Of a DNA stretch of 64,000 nucleotides, positions 44,201 through 58,105 are shown piece after piece. How positions within the stretch are numbered: the stretch's first letter is position 1; each line of letters opens with the position of its first letter. The stretch lies in NCBI GenBank assembly GCA_964016885.1, contig OZ024747.1, positions 18,724,001 to 18,788,000 of the forward strand, written 5' to 3'. The position numbers and the translations under genes were made by a program. The DNA comes from Eledone cirrhosa. Taxonomy: Eukaryota. The notes under the pieces were generated by a model. The model was not told where the DNA came from. It made no database searches and was given only the letters and a program-made list of their open reading frames with translations.

Positions 44201-47200
44201 AGACCTGTAAGTTATTGAATGGAAGCCCTAGAACTTGGTATGTATCTATGCAATTATTTTATATTCTATAACTAAACCCCATGAGTTGCAGTCTACTAGC
44301 TATGTTAGCACTTGGTAGTGCAGGAACATATATAAGCAAGATATAGGCACCCTTTTTATCTGTGAAGTCAGTACCTCTACTTGAGAAACAATCTGGTCTG
44401 ATGATTATCCCTTCCATTCTTGTTAGCAGATATCATGTGATGATGATGATGATGATGTTGACAATGATGAGACAGGCCTAGAAACAATACAACGTTTGCT
44501 TTCTTGTTAATACTACCCAATATATCAGGTTCATATTCTGCAGATTCTTCTGGAGAAGAAGTATTAATGGCAAAATTTATCGATACACTATAGTTGTATT
44601 TAAAAAGACATTTATGTAAAATATATTGTAATCACTAATAATGTAAGTAAAAATATATTTTTGTATTTTTTCTTTGATTCTAGTATGCAAATAAACACAG
44701 AATTGAGTTACCATGGAATAAATTTACCTCCTAAATTACGTAAGTTCCAATTTTTGCTCTTACAAAATCCTTTAATTGCTAATTTAAGGGGGATTCATTG
44801 AAACCAGGAATTAGAACACCTTCAAATGCATCATTCAGAGATTAAATAATGTTATTATAAGTCGAGCAATTACATTGTGGAAGAGTCATTTTTAGTCATT
44901 CAGAAACACAAAAATATTGCTAACTTCATTTTACATTTATCCTTCATTTAGAACTGTCTCAGTGGCCAGGTTGCTAACAGTGCAACAAAAATGTTGACAA
45001 AATTTATTTGTTCCAGCTCTCTGCACTCTGAATTCAAATCCTATTGAGGCTGACTTGGCCTTTTGTTCTTTTGATGGCTGATAAAATAATATATCAATCA
45101 TGGGTAGATTCATTCTATTGTGAGTTCAAATCCTGTTATCACCTAAAACCCATAAGAGTAGTTTCCCAACATGAGTATAGAAGAAAATTATGTAAACAAT
45201 AGCAAAAAAAATCACATGATGAATGAAAACTATTTTTATTTATTTTATTTTTATATTTTCAAAGGTCTTGAAGTAAAGTGGACATTAGATGCCTTAAATA
45301 ACAAAACACAGAGAGTGTATTACATGGAAAATGGTAATGAGATTGTAAGAATGCAAACATTTGTTTTATTGAAAAATGAATCCAAAACTGTTGTGCACCA
45401 AGCTTATCTCAAGGTATTTCACTTCATCATTATCACCACCACTGTTTAACATGTATTTTCCATACTTGCATACATTAGATATGGGTGTGGCAGTCATATT
45501 CTGAGGTCAGACCTATTAGGTGACTACATTTTGCTCATATGCTCCATTCTGGGCTTGATTTCTCTGGCTAGATATCCCTCCTAATACCAATAACTTGAGA
45601 GCACCTACTGAGAGCATTTTATCATGACACCAGCACTAAGACCTTACAGGATGGATGGCATGCTTTTTATTGTGACACCAGCACTACCACTTTACAGAGT
45701 GGGCTGGGAGCATTCAATTATGACACCAGCACTACCTCATTACAACACTCGGGCGTTTATTATGTCCTTGGCCAGGCTGGGGAGATAATACTTATTTACT
45801 ATATTTCAGGCTGGTTGCAGACATAGTTGAATGGTTGAGAAGCTTGCTTCACACTCATGAAGTTACGAGTTCAGTCCTACAGCAATATATTTTGGCCAAG
45901 GTATCTTGTGTAAAGTATTTTGGGCAAGAGATCTTGGGCAAGATATCTTGAGCAAGATATTTTGAGCTAATTATCTTGGGCAAGATATCGTGGATAAGGT
46001 ATTTTGGGCAAGATAACTTGAACAACATATCTTCAGCAAGATATGTTCAGCTAGATATCTTGTGCAATGGCTGACTGAATACACATGTTTTTATTCACAT
46101 TCCATCTTCCGATAAAGGACTAGTGTCTGAAACGTTAAGATTCTTTTCCTACTATATCAAGTGTTAAACTAATATATTTCTTTGTTGTACTATGTTGTTT
46201 GCTTTGTTATTTCTGTTTACATTTTGCATATATTATAGAGCTGCTTCCTCTGTTGATAAAGAAGGGTTTCTCCCTGTGTACGAAAGGCCTGTTATATGAT
46301 GTCTGTGTGAGATGTACGATGCTGCATGGTAGTGAGACATGGGCAGCAACTACAGAGGATATGCGATGGCTGGAGAGAAATGAAGCAAGCATGCTCTGTT
46401 GGATGTGCAATGTTAATGTGCGTGAACGACCAAGCATAGATGAGTTGAGAGAGAAACTGTGTATAAGAGGGATAAGTTGTAGTGTGTGGGAGAGAAGACT
46501 GAGATGGTATGGACATGTGATGTGCATGGAGGATGACTACTGGGTAAAGAAGTGCCAAGAAATCCTAGTAGAAGGAAGACGCAGTAGAGGAAGACCACGA
46601 AAAACATGGGAGGAGGTGGTGAGAGCAGTCCTCAGATCGCTTAAGCTCACGGAGGAGATGATGAAGGACCGTGACAAGTGGAGAGATGCTGTGCTGAATA
46701 GGATCCGTCCCACCCTTGCAAGCAGGGAAAAGCATTTGTAAAATGATGATGATGATGATACACACACGCATACACACATGTAATGATATATATAAATTTA
46801 TCCAAATAGGAAAATATACGAGACAAATTGACTCCAGTTGGCGTGAGCATGGAATACAAGATCCAGGAAAGTCCACGGAGAAGAAAGCGAGAACTTACTC
46901 CAATCTTGAATAAATACATATCAACTACAGTGAACTCAGAGGTAAAAAAACCCTGCATATTTTTACATCTTTTTGCTGGAGATTTACATTGGTTTTCAAG
47001 CCAATGAAGTAATCAATGGTTTTCTGACTTTAAAAGTATATTAAAAAAATGTTGATGTCTAACCCTAGGTCAGCTGTAGTCCAGCAGATCTGTGGTGATG
47101 CCGCTACTACACACTCACTCTCTAAAAACAAACAAACAAATACGCACACACTCTTACATATACACTCACTCTCACAAACACATACATTACACACACACAC

Positions 47201-50200
47201 ACACTCGCTTATACACACACACACACATATATATATACACTCACTCTCACAAACACACACACACATATATACCCTGACTCTCACAAGCACACACTCACAC
47301 ACACTCATATATATACACTCTCATAAACATATACACAAGCACACACCATTACTACTCAACGCTATAACAAATCACAGAGCACATAGTTTACACTTTCCAT
47401 CAGACATTAAAACACATAATATAGACCACACAAGACATACTTTACACAATTACCTCATGTCATTAAAACAACACAACCCACTCAACTTATACTCGATACA
47501 ATCACCATTAAATGCTTTAACATATAACACAACCCACACCATACAATCAACATTTGACACAGAAACACACAACTCAATACATGTTCTACACGATTGTTAT
47601 TGACATTAAAACATACAACACAACTCACACATCTCATACTCTAAATGCTATAACATAACACAACTTACATCACACAAACGGTGTTGGATCATAGATATAT
47701 ACTTACAAAAAATGGTATTGCTCCTGGAACAACTTGAATACTCTGGTGGGTACTTGAAAAATAAGGGGTGTCACCTCAGTTTACTGGTAGTGAGCAGCTA
47801 ACACTGTAGTACATTAGAAGCTGAGTGAAGAAACAACAACAACAACAATAATAATAATAATAATTTTCCCATATACTAAGGAATATTCTGTCAATATAAA
47901 CACCTAAAGATACATGTATGTGTTCTTTCTTGAACATGGCGGACCTTGTCTCTTGAGGTCACTGGTTGTGACTTGGTGATAACTCGTATGAACATAAAGC
48001 AAGATAAATGAAAATAATTGTTTCTACTTTAGGCACAAGGCCAGCAAATTACCCAGTGCGTTACTGGTACTTTATTTTATCGACCCTGTAAGGATGAAAG
48101 GCAAAGTCAACCTCGGCGGGATTTGAACTCAGATCGTAAAGGGACGTAACTATGCTGGAAAGCATGGCATCCGACTCTCTACCGATACTGCCAATCCACC
48201 ACCCTTTGATAAGTGAAAGATTGTTCCTAAGATAAATGAAAATAATAATAATAATTTCAACAATGTGATGTTTATGATTAAAGTATTCCTTCTAATTTTG
48301 ATTTGATTTTTTTAATTATTATTTCTTTAATAGATTCAGATTTTGAAAGATTGTGACCTGGATAATGTCTGTATACCTGATCTTATTTTACATATTCCCA
48401 GGTAAGGTTTTAATGTATTATCTATTGTGACTTTATATACATACATGTGGGGAAATGATATGTATAAACATAAATATATGTGTGTATAAATGTATATATA
48501 CCTACCCACATACATGCATATATACATAACATACATATATATTTATCTAGTTGATGTTCTCTAAATTCCAATGAAAGAGTCTTATCTCTATGTTAGAAAC
48601 TAACTCTCTCTCTATCAGGGAAAATGTATAAAGTAATAAAACCAGAAATACACACACACTCACACACTCACTCACACACACACTCTTGCTAACAAGACAC
48701 GTGTACTCCATGGGATATATCATAATTGGTCTTAGCCAGGCAATTTTTCACTAAACAGTTCATATATATTCTGAAATACTTGAGGCTTTGCCATAAATTT
48801 ATTCAGTGAAAAAATAAACTGAAAAGAATCAACTTCAGATACACATAAAGAAAATATTCTTCGTCTTACTTCTTAGTAATTCTTCCAATACAGTGTGTTC
48901 ATCATCATTTTTTTTACACCCATTTTCCATACCTACATGCACTGGACAAATCTTTTCCAGTGCTGCCTTTTTTTTCTCCCCTCAATGTGTTCTTTGCATT
49001 CTGTTTTGAAAACTGTATCTCTCATCAGGCCTTCTCCAGATCAATGAATGCTTGTTAGAGTAAATTCTTCTCAACTAAAAATGTCTCTTGCAGCTGTCTC
49101 ATTAAGAAGACGGTATTAATGGTAACTGAACCTGGTACAAATCTGAACAGTATTTCATCTTAACTAATTCTCTTCCAAATTAGTTTTGCTAAAACTCTTT
49201 CTGTTACTTTCACAGCTTGGTCTGTCAGTTTCATACCTTTGTTATACATTTCAAATTATTTTTATTGTTAATATACCTGTGATATTTTTTAATTAAATAT
49301 ACATTTATTTAATTTTACAGAACATCATCTCAGCAAATTATTGGCAATCGCAAGAATTTAGAAATGCTAATTAAAATTGACAATCAAAAGGAAGATGCAT
49401 TTGAAGCCCAATTGTTTGTAATTATGCCCAAAGATGTCACTTATGTGAAAGTACAAGATGTAAAGGCTGTGAGTCCTTTTAACTTCTATCATCTGTAATC
49501 AAAATACCAGGAATTATCAGCTATTTTTTCTTTAGCATGTAGTATTTGAGATGTTTGGGGGACCAAGGCTACTGACAAGATTCTTGACATTTTTCTTGAC
49601 TTTTTGGTGTCTCATCTTAGCCTCACTATCACTCACTTAAATGCCATAGGTGTGTTGGCTTACCTCAAACCTTGTTTATGGGAAATTTCAGCACCCCTTG
49701 TTGTGACATATAATTGTTTCTACTTTTGGTACAAGGCCAGCAATTATCTCAGTGTATTACTGGTACTTTATTTTATCAACCCCATAAGGATGAAAGGCAA
49801 AGTTAATCTTGGCAGGATTTAAACTCAGATCGTAAAGGGGCGTAACTCTATGCTGCAAAGCATGGCGTCCGACCCTCTACCGATACTGCCAATCCACAGC
49901 TGCTGTGACATATAATCTTCTCCAGCAACTTCTTGTTCTGCTTGCTGTTTACTTTCCTTTTCTTTTTTCCTCTGACCACTTTCTGGGGTCAGGCCAGTCT
50001 TCTGCCTGTTATTGGTACCATGTAAGCCAGAACAACCTGCTTCATGGTTGAGTGATTGGTGATTAAACTGGCTCTCCCACCAGACCCTAGTCTAGGGAAG
50101 AGGGTAAAAGGAACTCCAGTAGCAAATACAAGAGCTGTTAAAAGGGTGGATGAACTCCTCAGAGTCAACAGCCAACCAACCCAACTATGGGTTAAATAGC

Positions 50201-53200
50201 CTCACCAACATGCAGTGGGCTAAGTGTGGTGAGTATGGCTACACCTCTGGCATGACCAAAACCAAACAGAAAGTGCTGAAGGTCAACTAAAGAGAGGTTC
50301 CTCCAACAGGAGCGAGAAGGGATTGGATTGGATTGGACTGGACTTAAATAGAAAAACAAAAAAGAAATAAAATCCACACTGCCCCTAGATGTACAGAAAG
50401 TAAAGTGAACCCCAGTGATATTTGAACACAGAACAGAGAACCAAAACTACATACTGTAAGGTCTTTCAATTAATGATTATTATATATTTGCTTTTTACCT
50501 TGACAATTTAGCAACCTTTAATAGCAGAGAAAAATGTTTGTATTTCATTCCAGAAAACCCTAATAGGCTGCAAAGCTGCCAGTGATGGAGGAACAAACTT
50601 TGTTATATGTGACTTGGGGAATCCTTTACAGAAAAAGCAAAAAGTAAGTTGGTTGAAGTATCACCCAAAATCCGTTATATTTTTCAGCAAATACCACTTT
50701 AACCCTTTTGTTACCAAACTGCCTGGAGCCACCCTTTGTTCTGCAATACAAAGCAGTTTATTTTGAAGTGTTTATGTTAATCTAAAATCCTTTCATCATA
50801 CTTTTATGTAAGAGCCTTTGTTAAGCTATGCACTAGCTTAATAATGAGGAATTTAGTTATTTCACTAAATCCCTCCAAATTCTTCATTATTTTTCATAAT
50901 GTTTTGAAAATCATGTGCAGTGTCTTTCATTACAAATATGGTTACAAATGGGTTAAATTCAAATCTACTTAACAATGTTATATAATTTATTATAGCTATG
51001 AAGCTACATCAGTTAGATAAGTAGGGTGATATATACTTTACCATAGCCTTGATCAGTTTACATAAGTAATTGTAAAAGCTACATTAGTCATATAATTCTT
51101 TAAATTCATAGATATCATAAAATTACTTATGTAATTGATGTAGTTTATCATGTTACATATATCAATCAATTTTTCCTCCTTATTAGGTTGACTAAATTGT
51201 TAAACAGAAAAGATCAGACATAATTATCATATATATTCAAACCCCATATAAATATATAACCTCAAACATACCGATCGGTTTTCCGGTAATCTGTGGTCAA
51301 ACGCTGTAACTTGAAATATATTCATTTTTAAATTTGAAATGTGCACATTCAAATGAAGAGGAATGGAACATGGTTATATACCAGTCATTAATGCACAGAT
51401 TCCCTTTCACAATGGTTGCTTTTGAGATTTCGGCTGTCCTCAATCCTCAGACTGCAGTTCTCCTTCATGAAATCAAGATGAGGACATCATGCCACATGTG
51501 GTGAAATGGTTGATTCAGCAGATATTACTGTATGTTATTCAAGGAAAGGTTTCTCCTTGTGTGCAATGAGCATAGGTGACACATGCTATTTAACTGAGGC
51601 TGCAGATTTGTTTTTTGTTGTTTTTTTGTTTTGTTTTTGCAGTGTATAAATTAAATAAATTTTAAATTTTGGCAATAAAAATTGTTCTTTCATGTTTCAA
51701 ATGAAATTACGATACTCACCATTTTTTTTTTTTTTTTTTCAATTTTTTTTTATCTAGTTATCATTAATAATGAAATTCTCTGCAAAACATATCACTGGAT
51801 CAAACAAATTCCTTGATTTCCAATTAAATGTTAACAGGTAATATTTATGTTTGTAATATCTATTTATTTAAACATCACCAAAAGCCAGTCAGTTAAATAA
51901 GGACAGTCACTAAAATTGCTAGGCTAGTTCTAGTCTTTGTCAACATGAATTGGATTGGAAATAAATATTAAAAATCAAACAAAAAATATTGTGAAATTAT
52001 AGGTAGACATCCAATGTTATTTATACAGGTAACTCAACTTTGATAACATAAAAAAAAACCTACTAGCTGAATTAAGCGTAAGAATTTCAGGAGCTTGTGC
52101 AATAATGCACCAGCTTCAGCATTTGGTAATCATAAGAAAGGCAGTAGGTGTAAAAGACAAATTCGATTTTCATGCCAACCCTTGCCTATCTATGGTCATG
52201 AATCTTGGGTAATGACTGAAAGAATATGATCACGAATACAAGCGGCTGAAATGGGGTTCCTCCAAAGGTCTTCTTATATATAATCTTTAGCATGTCTAAC
52301 AGAATACCTTGTGGTATTTGTTCTGTATTCTGAGTTGAAATACCATTAAGTTCAACTTTGCTTTCATACCTCTGGGATTGACAAATGGAGAACCAATCCA
52401 AGTAGAATGATAGAATTGCCATAGCTGTTAACAGTCTACCTTGCAGTATATGTTCTGGCTCTTTATCTTCTGAGTCCAGATTTCTGAGATCAACTACTGA
52501 CTGGAGCTAATCCCCACACATGGTGTCACATGGTGTAGGAAGAATTGTAGTCATCTGATGTTCAAATCGAATAATAATAATTATGATGCTGATATATAAG
52601 GACTGGTACTCTGTCAGTTATGGCGAGTATTTCAGTTGATCCAATCAATGGAACAGCCTACTCCTGAAATTAACGTACAAATGGCTGAGCATTCCACAGA
52701 CACATATATACTTAATGTAATTCTCAGGGAGATTCAGCCTGATGCTGAATGTGACATGGCTGTGATATATAAACACACACATATATACACCCATCTACAT
52801 ACCTATATATATACACACATCAATATGTTATAGGAAGAAGTTAAGGTAGATTAATCTCTAAAATTTAAGCTGTCTGTCATGATTTGTTTGTTTTTCTCTG
52901 ATGGTTCTGCTTATTTGTATTAATTTATGTGAATTTCTACTCCTCAGTTCGAATCCAGAATTTGTCAATAGTACTCACAATAATTTCTTGAATGTGAGTA
53001 TTCCTGTAAAAGCTGCAGCAGATATCATAATTCTTGGGTGAGTCATTGTATTAAGATACTTCTATACTTCCATACTTTCAATATTGTTTTGTGTTTAAAT
53101 ATTCAGTGTTGACTTGTTATTACAACAGAAAATAATTGTTTCTACTTTAGGCACAAGGCCAGCAATTACCCAGTGCATTACTGGTACTTTATTTTATCGA

Positions 53201-54369
53201 CCCCGTAAGGATGAAAGGCAAAGTCAACCTCGGCGGGATTTGAACTCAGATCGTAAAGGGACGTAACTATGCTGGAAAGCATGGCGTCCGACCCCCCACC
53301 GATACTGCCAATTCACCGCCCTAATAATAATAACAATGACAATAGTTTCTAATATAGGTAACAAGGCTAGAATTTTGACAAAGATTTCTTGATTAATTCA
53401 ACCCAACTTCTTGGATGAAAGGCGAAGTTGACCTTGGTAGGATTTACACTCAGAACATAAAGAGCCTACACAAATATGGCAAAGCCTTTTGTCTTAATGA
53501 TTCTACCAATCCACCGCCCTTACTACTACTACTACTACTACTACCACTACTACTACTACTACAATTACTAATAACAATAGCAGCAATAACGATTTAGCAA
53601 TGGCTGTGTGCTTAAGAATGTAATTCTAGGTTTCAACTTACTGTATAACACTTTGAACAAGTGTCTTCTATTATAAGCCTCAGACTGATTAATGCCATAT
53701 GTGTATATTTGATAGTTGGAAACTGTAAAGAATTCCATTTTATATATATATATATATATATGTATAGGAAATCATCATTCCCTTCTAATGAAACAGTTCT
53801 ATTCCTGTAGAAGCCATTTCTATATTAAATTTGTTATATACACTCTACTAATGCATTAAGTACCTTACTGTGGTTACCCCTGATTGAACACAGGACTCAT
53901 ATATATATATGTGTGTGTGAGAAAGAGAGAGAGAGTCCTTCACTCAACCACATTCATTAAAAAAAATGTTTTTCTTTTTGTTTAATTTTTTAGAATTTGA
54001 TATTATATTTCTATTCCTATCTTTTCATTTTCCAGTAAATCCACACCTGATCAAGTAATTTACAATTCAAGTCAAGGTGATGAAATTCGGGAGAATTACT
54101 TGTACAACAACACAATCCTAAAACATGGTCCATCTGTAGAACATTTATATGAGGTAATATCCGTTTATTTATTATTTCTGTTTCATGAATCAGTGCACTT
54201 TTAACTATATATCTTAATTACCAACACAAGCGCTAATTATGTGTGTGTGTATATATATATAGTAGAACACTGGAAGGTAATATCCGTAGTGGTGGAACAC
54301 TCAGTCCATGGGATCCGCTAAGATGAAACAATTGTTCTCGGTATGGTGAACTAACTGTTGTGTAACCAC

Positions 54370-54418
<49 letters not shown>

Positions 54419-54851
54419 ATGATATTAAATAAATGGAAACTATATTTATAAAATCATATTTATTCTATTATATATATTTCAAGGGTACCAAAAAACTTTG
54501 GTACGCTTTCATCAGATAAAATACAAAGAGTGTTTTATAAATTTTGACATAGCCAAGGAAAATCATATCTTATCAGTTGAATATTCCCTGGGAACATTCA
54601 ACTGATAAGGTATGATTTTCCTTGGCTATGTCAAAATTTATAAAACACTCTTTGTATTTTATCTGATGAAAGCGTACCAAAGTTTTTTGGTACCCTTGAA
54701 ATATATATAATAGAATAAATATGATTTTATAAATATAGTTTCCATTTATTTAATATCATTGAATATTTACTCCAGAAATCTGTCGAGTGCTCTGAATCAG
54801 TTATAGACATTTATATTTGTTGGATTTCCAACAAATTAAATATCCCTTCTA

Positions 54852-54896
<45 letters not shown>

Positions 54897-55659
54897 GATA
54901 GTAAACAAATGGAAACTATATTTATAAAACCATATTTATTTCATTATACATATTTCAGGGATACCATATTAAAAATATGGCATGCCTTCGTCAGATAAAA
55001 TACAATATATAAACTGTTTTATAAATAATTTTGACGTACCATAAATATAAGCCACCATTCAGCTTCCTACCTTAATGGTGGCTTATATTTATGGTACGTC
55101 AAAATTATTTATAAAACAGTTTATATATTGTATTTTATCTGACGAAGGCATGCCATATTTTTAATATGGTATCCCTGAAATATGTATAATGAAATAAATA
55201 TGGTTTTATAAATATAGTTTCCATTTGTTTAATATCGTATATCTACTCCAAAAACTTGTCGAGTGCTTTATATCGGTTATAAAATATTTACTTGTAACCC
55301 AACAATTTTAAATAAAACTTTTGCATATATATATATATATGTTCTTTGTCTCCAGCATTGGAGAATTTAGAGTTATCTCCCTTGCACGGTTTCGTAACCT
55401 TTCACATTTGTGTTTTGGAAAGGAGATGATGTCACCTACTAATGGAGGACAAGTGTGAATGGAGGAAAGAAATCAAGGTAGTGACAAAGACGAGCATTTA
55501 CGCAAACCAAGACCTCCAAATCATTTGGGCAATGCAGCCAGTCGCTGGACTCTGGAGAGAGTTTGGCATTGACCAAGCCCTCGAATTCACTTAAGATGAA
55601 GTCGTCAAAATGTTGAAGAGACAACAAGAATCTATAAGAGGGACTAACTCTAAGGAAAT

Positions 55660-55734
<75 letters not shown>

Positions 55735-55839
55735 TTAACTTTTACTATGAAAACTAATAAAAAAAATATGTTGAAACTTTTAAGTTAATTTTCAATGAAT
55801 ACATATCTGGTCAACACTTCTAAATATAGATCATATATA

Positions 55840-55884
<45 letters not shown>

Positions 55885-58062
55885 AGGTGTTTGGTTTGAT
55901 GGTTAGGTGTGTTCAGATTATGATAGTATGGTCGTGGGTTAAATTTTCAGTGATAAATTGTGTCCTTCAGCAAACCACTTTATCGTATAAGTGGGATGTT
56001 CAGCTACTAATATGTTAATTTAGTGAGCAAGTTGTTCTGTTGTTCAAACAAATGGAATGCCCATCATTGGAAATTACAGAAGTCCAACACACAGACAAAC
56101 ACAGAAACACATACGCTTATAAGACATAATTTTTACAAATGTTGGTATATGTGTCTTTTTCAGGTGAGAAACAAAGGAGATAGTGATGTCTCAAAGAGTA
56201 GATTAACAATTCAATGGCCAAGCTATGATGTAAAAGGAAACCCTTTACTTGAAATACTTGGAACACCTACTATCATCTCTGGAGAAGGTTCTTGTGAAGT
56301 TGAAGCTACACCACATCTTTCAAAGGTAACACTTGTTATATAGCATACCTTTATTGACATTATTTGTTTCATATATGCGTGTGTGTATGTGTGGATATAA
56401 ACACTTGAGATTGTATAGTGAGGGAGTCATCAACGCTCAATTTTTGTATGGTAGCTGGGTTTGTGAGGACACAGGCACTAGCTATCTTCAATGAATTGGT
56501 AAAATTATACTGAGATGTCTAAGATCTATCCCAAGATAGCTATTTTTCATGAAATAGGTTAATCCCTACTCACTTATTGATAGAAGACTTTAGAAAGTAT
56601 AAACTGCTAACTGCACAGTTTAAATGTAAAAGAAAACAGCATGATATTTGGCTTCCTCCATGGGTAGAACAATTAAAATCATTTAAGATAAGGATTAAAA
56701 ACTCAAAAGAGGGAGCAAAAGAATTCCCTAACATTATCATACAGTCAATCAGTTTTACCAACTGGGTCAGTTACACAGATGGGGCTCACTCAGGCAAGGG
56801 AGTTGGGTGTGGAGCTTTTGGTCTTTCAAAAATAATAATAGAGATATGAACTTCAGATTATATCATCATTTCACAATATTTGACACAGAATGGTGGGGAA
56901 TTATATTATCCATACATTCAGCTAGAGGAATACCATGGGAAAAAGTCTTTCTATTTACTAAAGTTTATTGAACCAAGGACTGTTTAAAAATAACGATCTG
57001 TCTAAAAGAGAGGACATTTTGAAGCCAATCATTAAAAACGTGCCAAGATTAGCTACAATATATTGTAAAAGATCCATCGACTATAAAGAAAATCTTTGAG
57101 TACTTGGAGGTTACAACATAGCCAGCAATTTGTGGGGAAGGGAAAGTCGATTATATCAACCACAGTACATTACTTGTGCTTTATTTTACTGACCACGAAG
57201 TATAATAGGCAAAATTGACTTCACTGGGATTTGTACTCAGAATATATCGAGTCGTAACTAAATTTTGCTAATCCACTACCCATTATTCAACTTAATAATA
57301 TAACGCCTTGTAACAATTAGAGATGAAACTGATTGGAAAATTATATTGATGTAAATAGTGAGAAAATCTTCCTCTTTGAATCTGAGAATAAATAGTCTAA
57401 AAAATTATAATTTTATTATCAATTTTAATCCTTTTATTGCCATATTTATAAAGACGATCTCAGCCAATTTTCCAAAACATTTTGAAAATAATCAACAGTT
57501 TGAAGAGATTTAGACATAACTAACATTTTCATTAAGCTGGTGGCTGGAACAGAACATAACAAAACTTCTTACTCAGGTGAAATGTTTTTTAGATAAGTAT
57601 AAATAGTTTTAAATAAACAGATTTTGTTGTAGAATCAGGGGCTATTCCAGTAAGTTTTGTATATAGAAAGTTAAGTAAGTGTTAGTGGTAAAAATTTAAA
57701 TAAATTAAATTAAAAACATGTGAAAACTAGTGGGGTTTTTTCTTGCAATAATTTCAATGTTGTTTCTTTTTCAGGAGAAAATTCAGTTCTCTACTACCAG
57801 AAAGAAAAGAGAGACAGAAGAAAAATATCTTTATACATTGGTAAGAAAAACTATTAAGTAACTAAGAGGTGCCTACTGGAAGTATGTTTGTGTCCGTGCA
57901 CAAGGGAAGGTGGGTCTTCTGTATTACTGCACAATGCCAAAGATCTCGATCCTGTGTCATTGTCTTTGAGAGGTACAATTGTGCAAGGTCAGCTTTTATC
58001 ACTAAAGATAATAATTGACAAAATTGGGTAGATTACACTTAGAGATAGAAAAAAGTGTGTGC

Positions 58063-58105
<43 letters not shown>

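Noticed and set aside
54417-55242. Palindromes as pure sequencing chimeras or as pre-miRNAs
   Set aside because: The arms carry mismatches and two diverged copies share breakpoint geometry, which argues against an artefact (not excluded without reads). The stems are too long and too perfect for typical miRNA precursors.
56577-56849. RNase H-like YTDG motif ORF
   Set aside because: Too short and degenerate to assign; probably an old LINE fragment.
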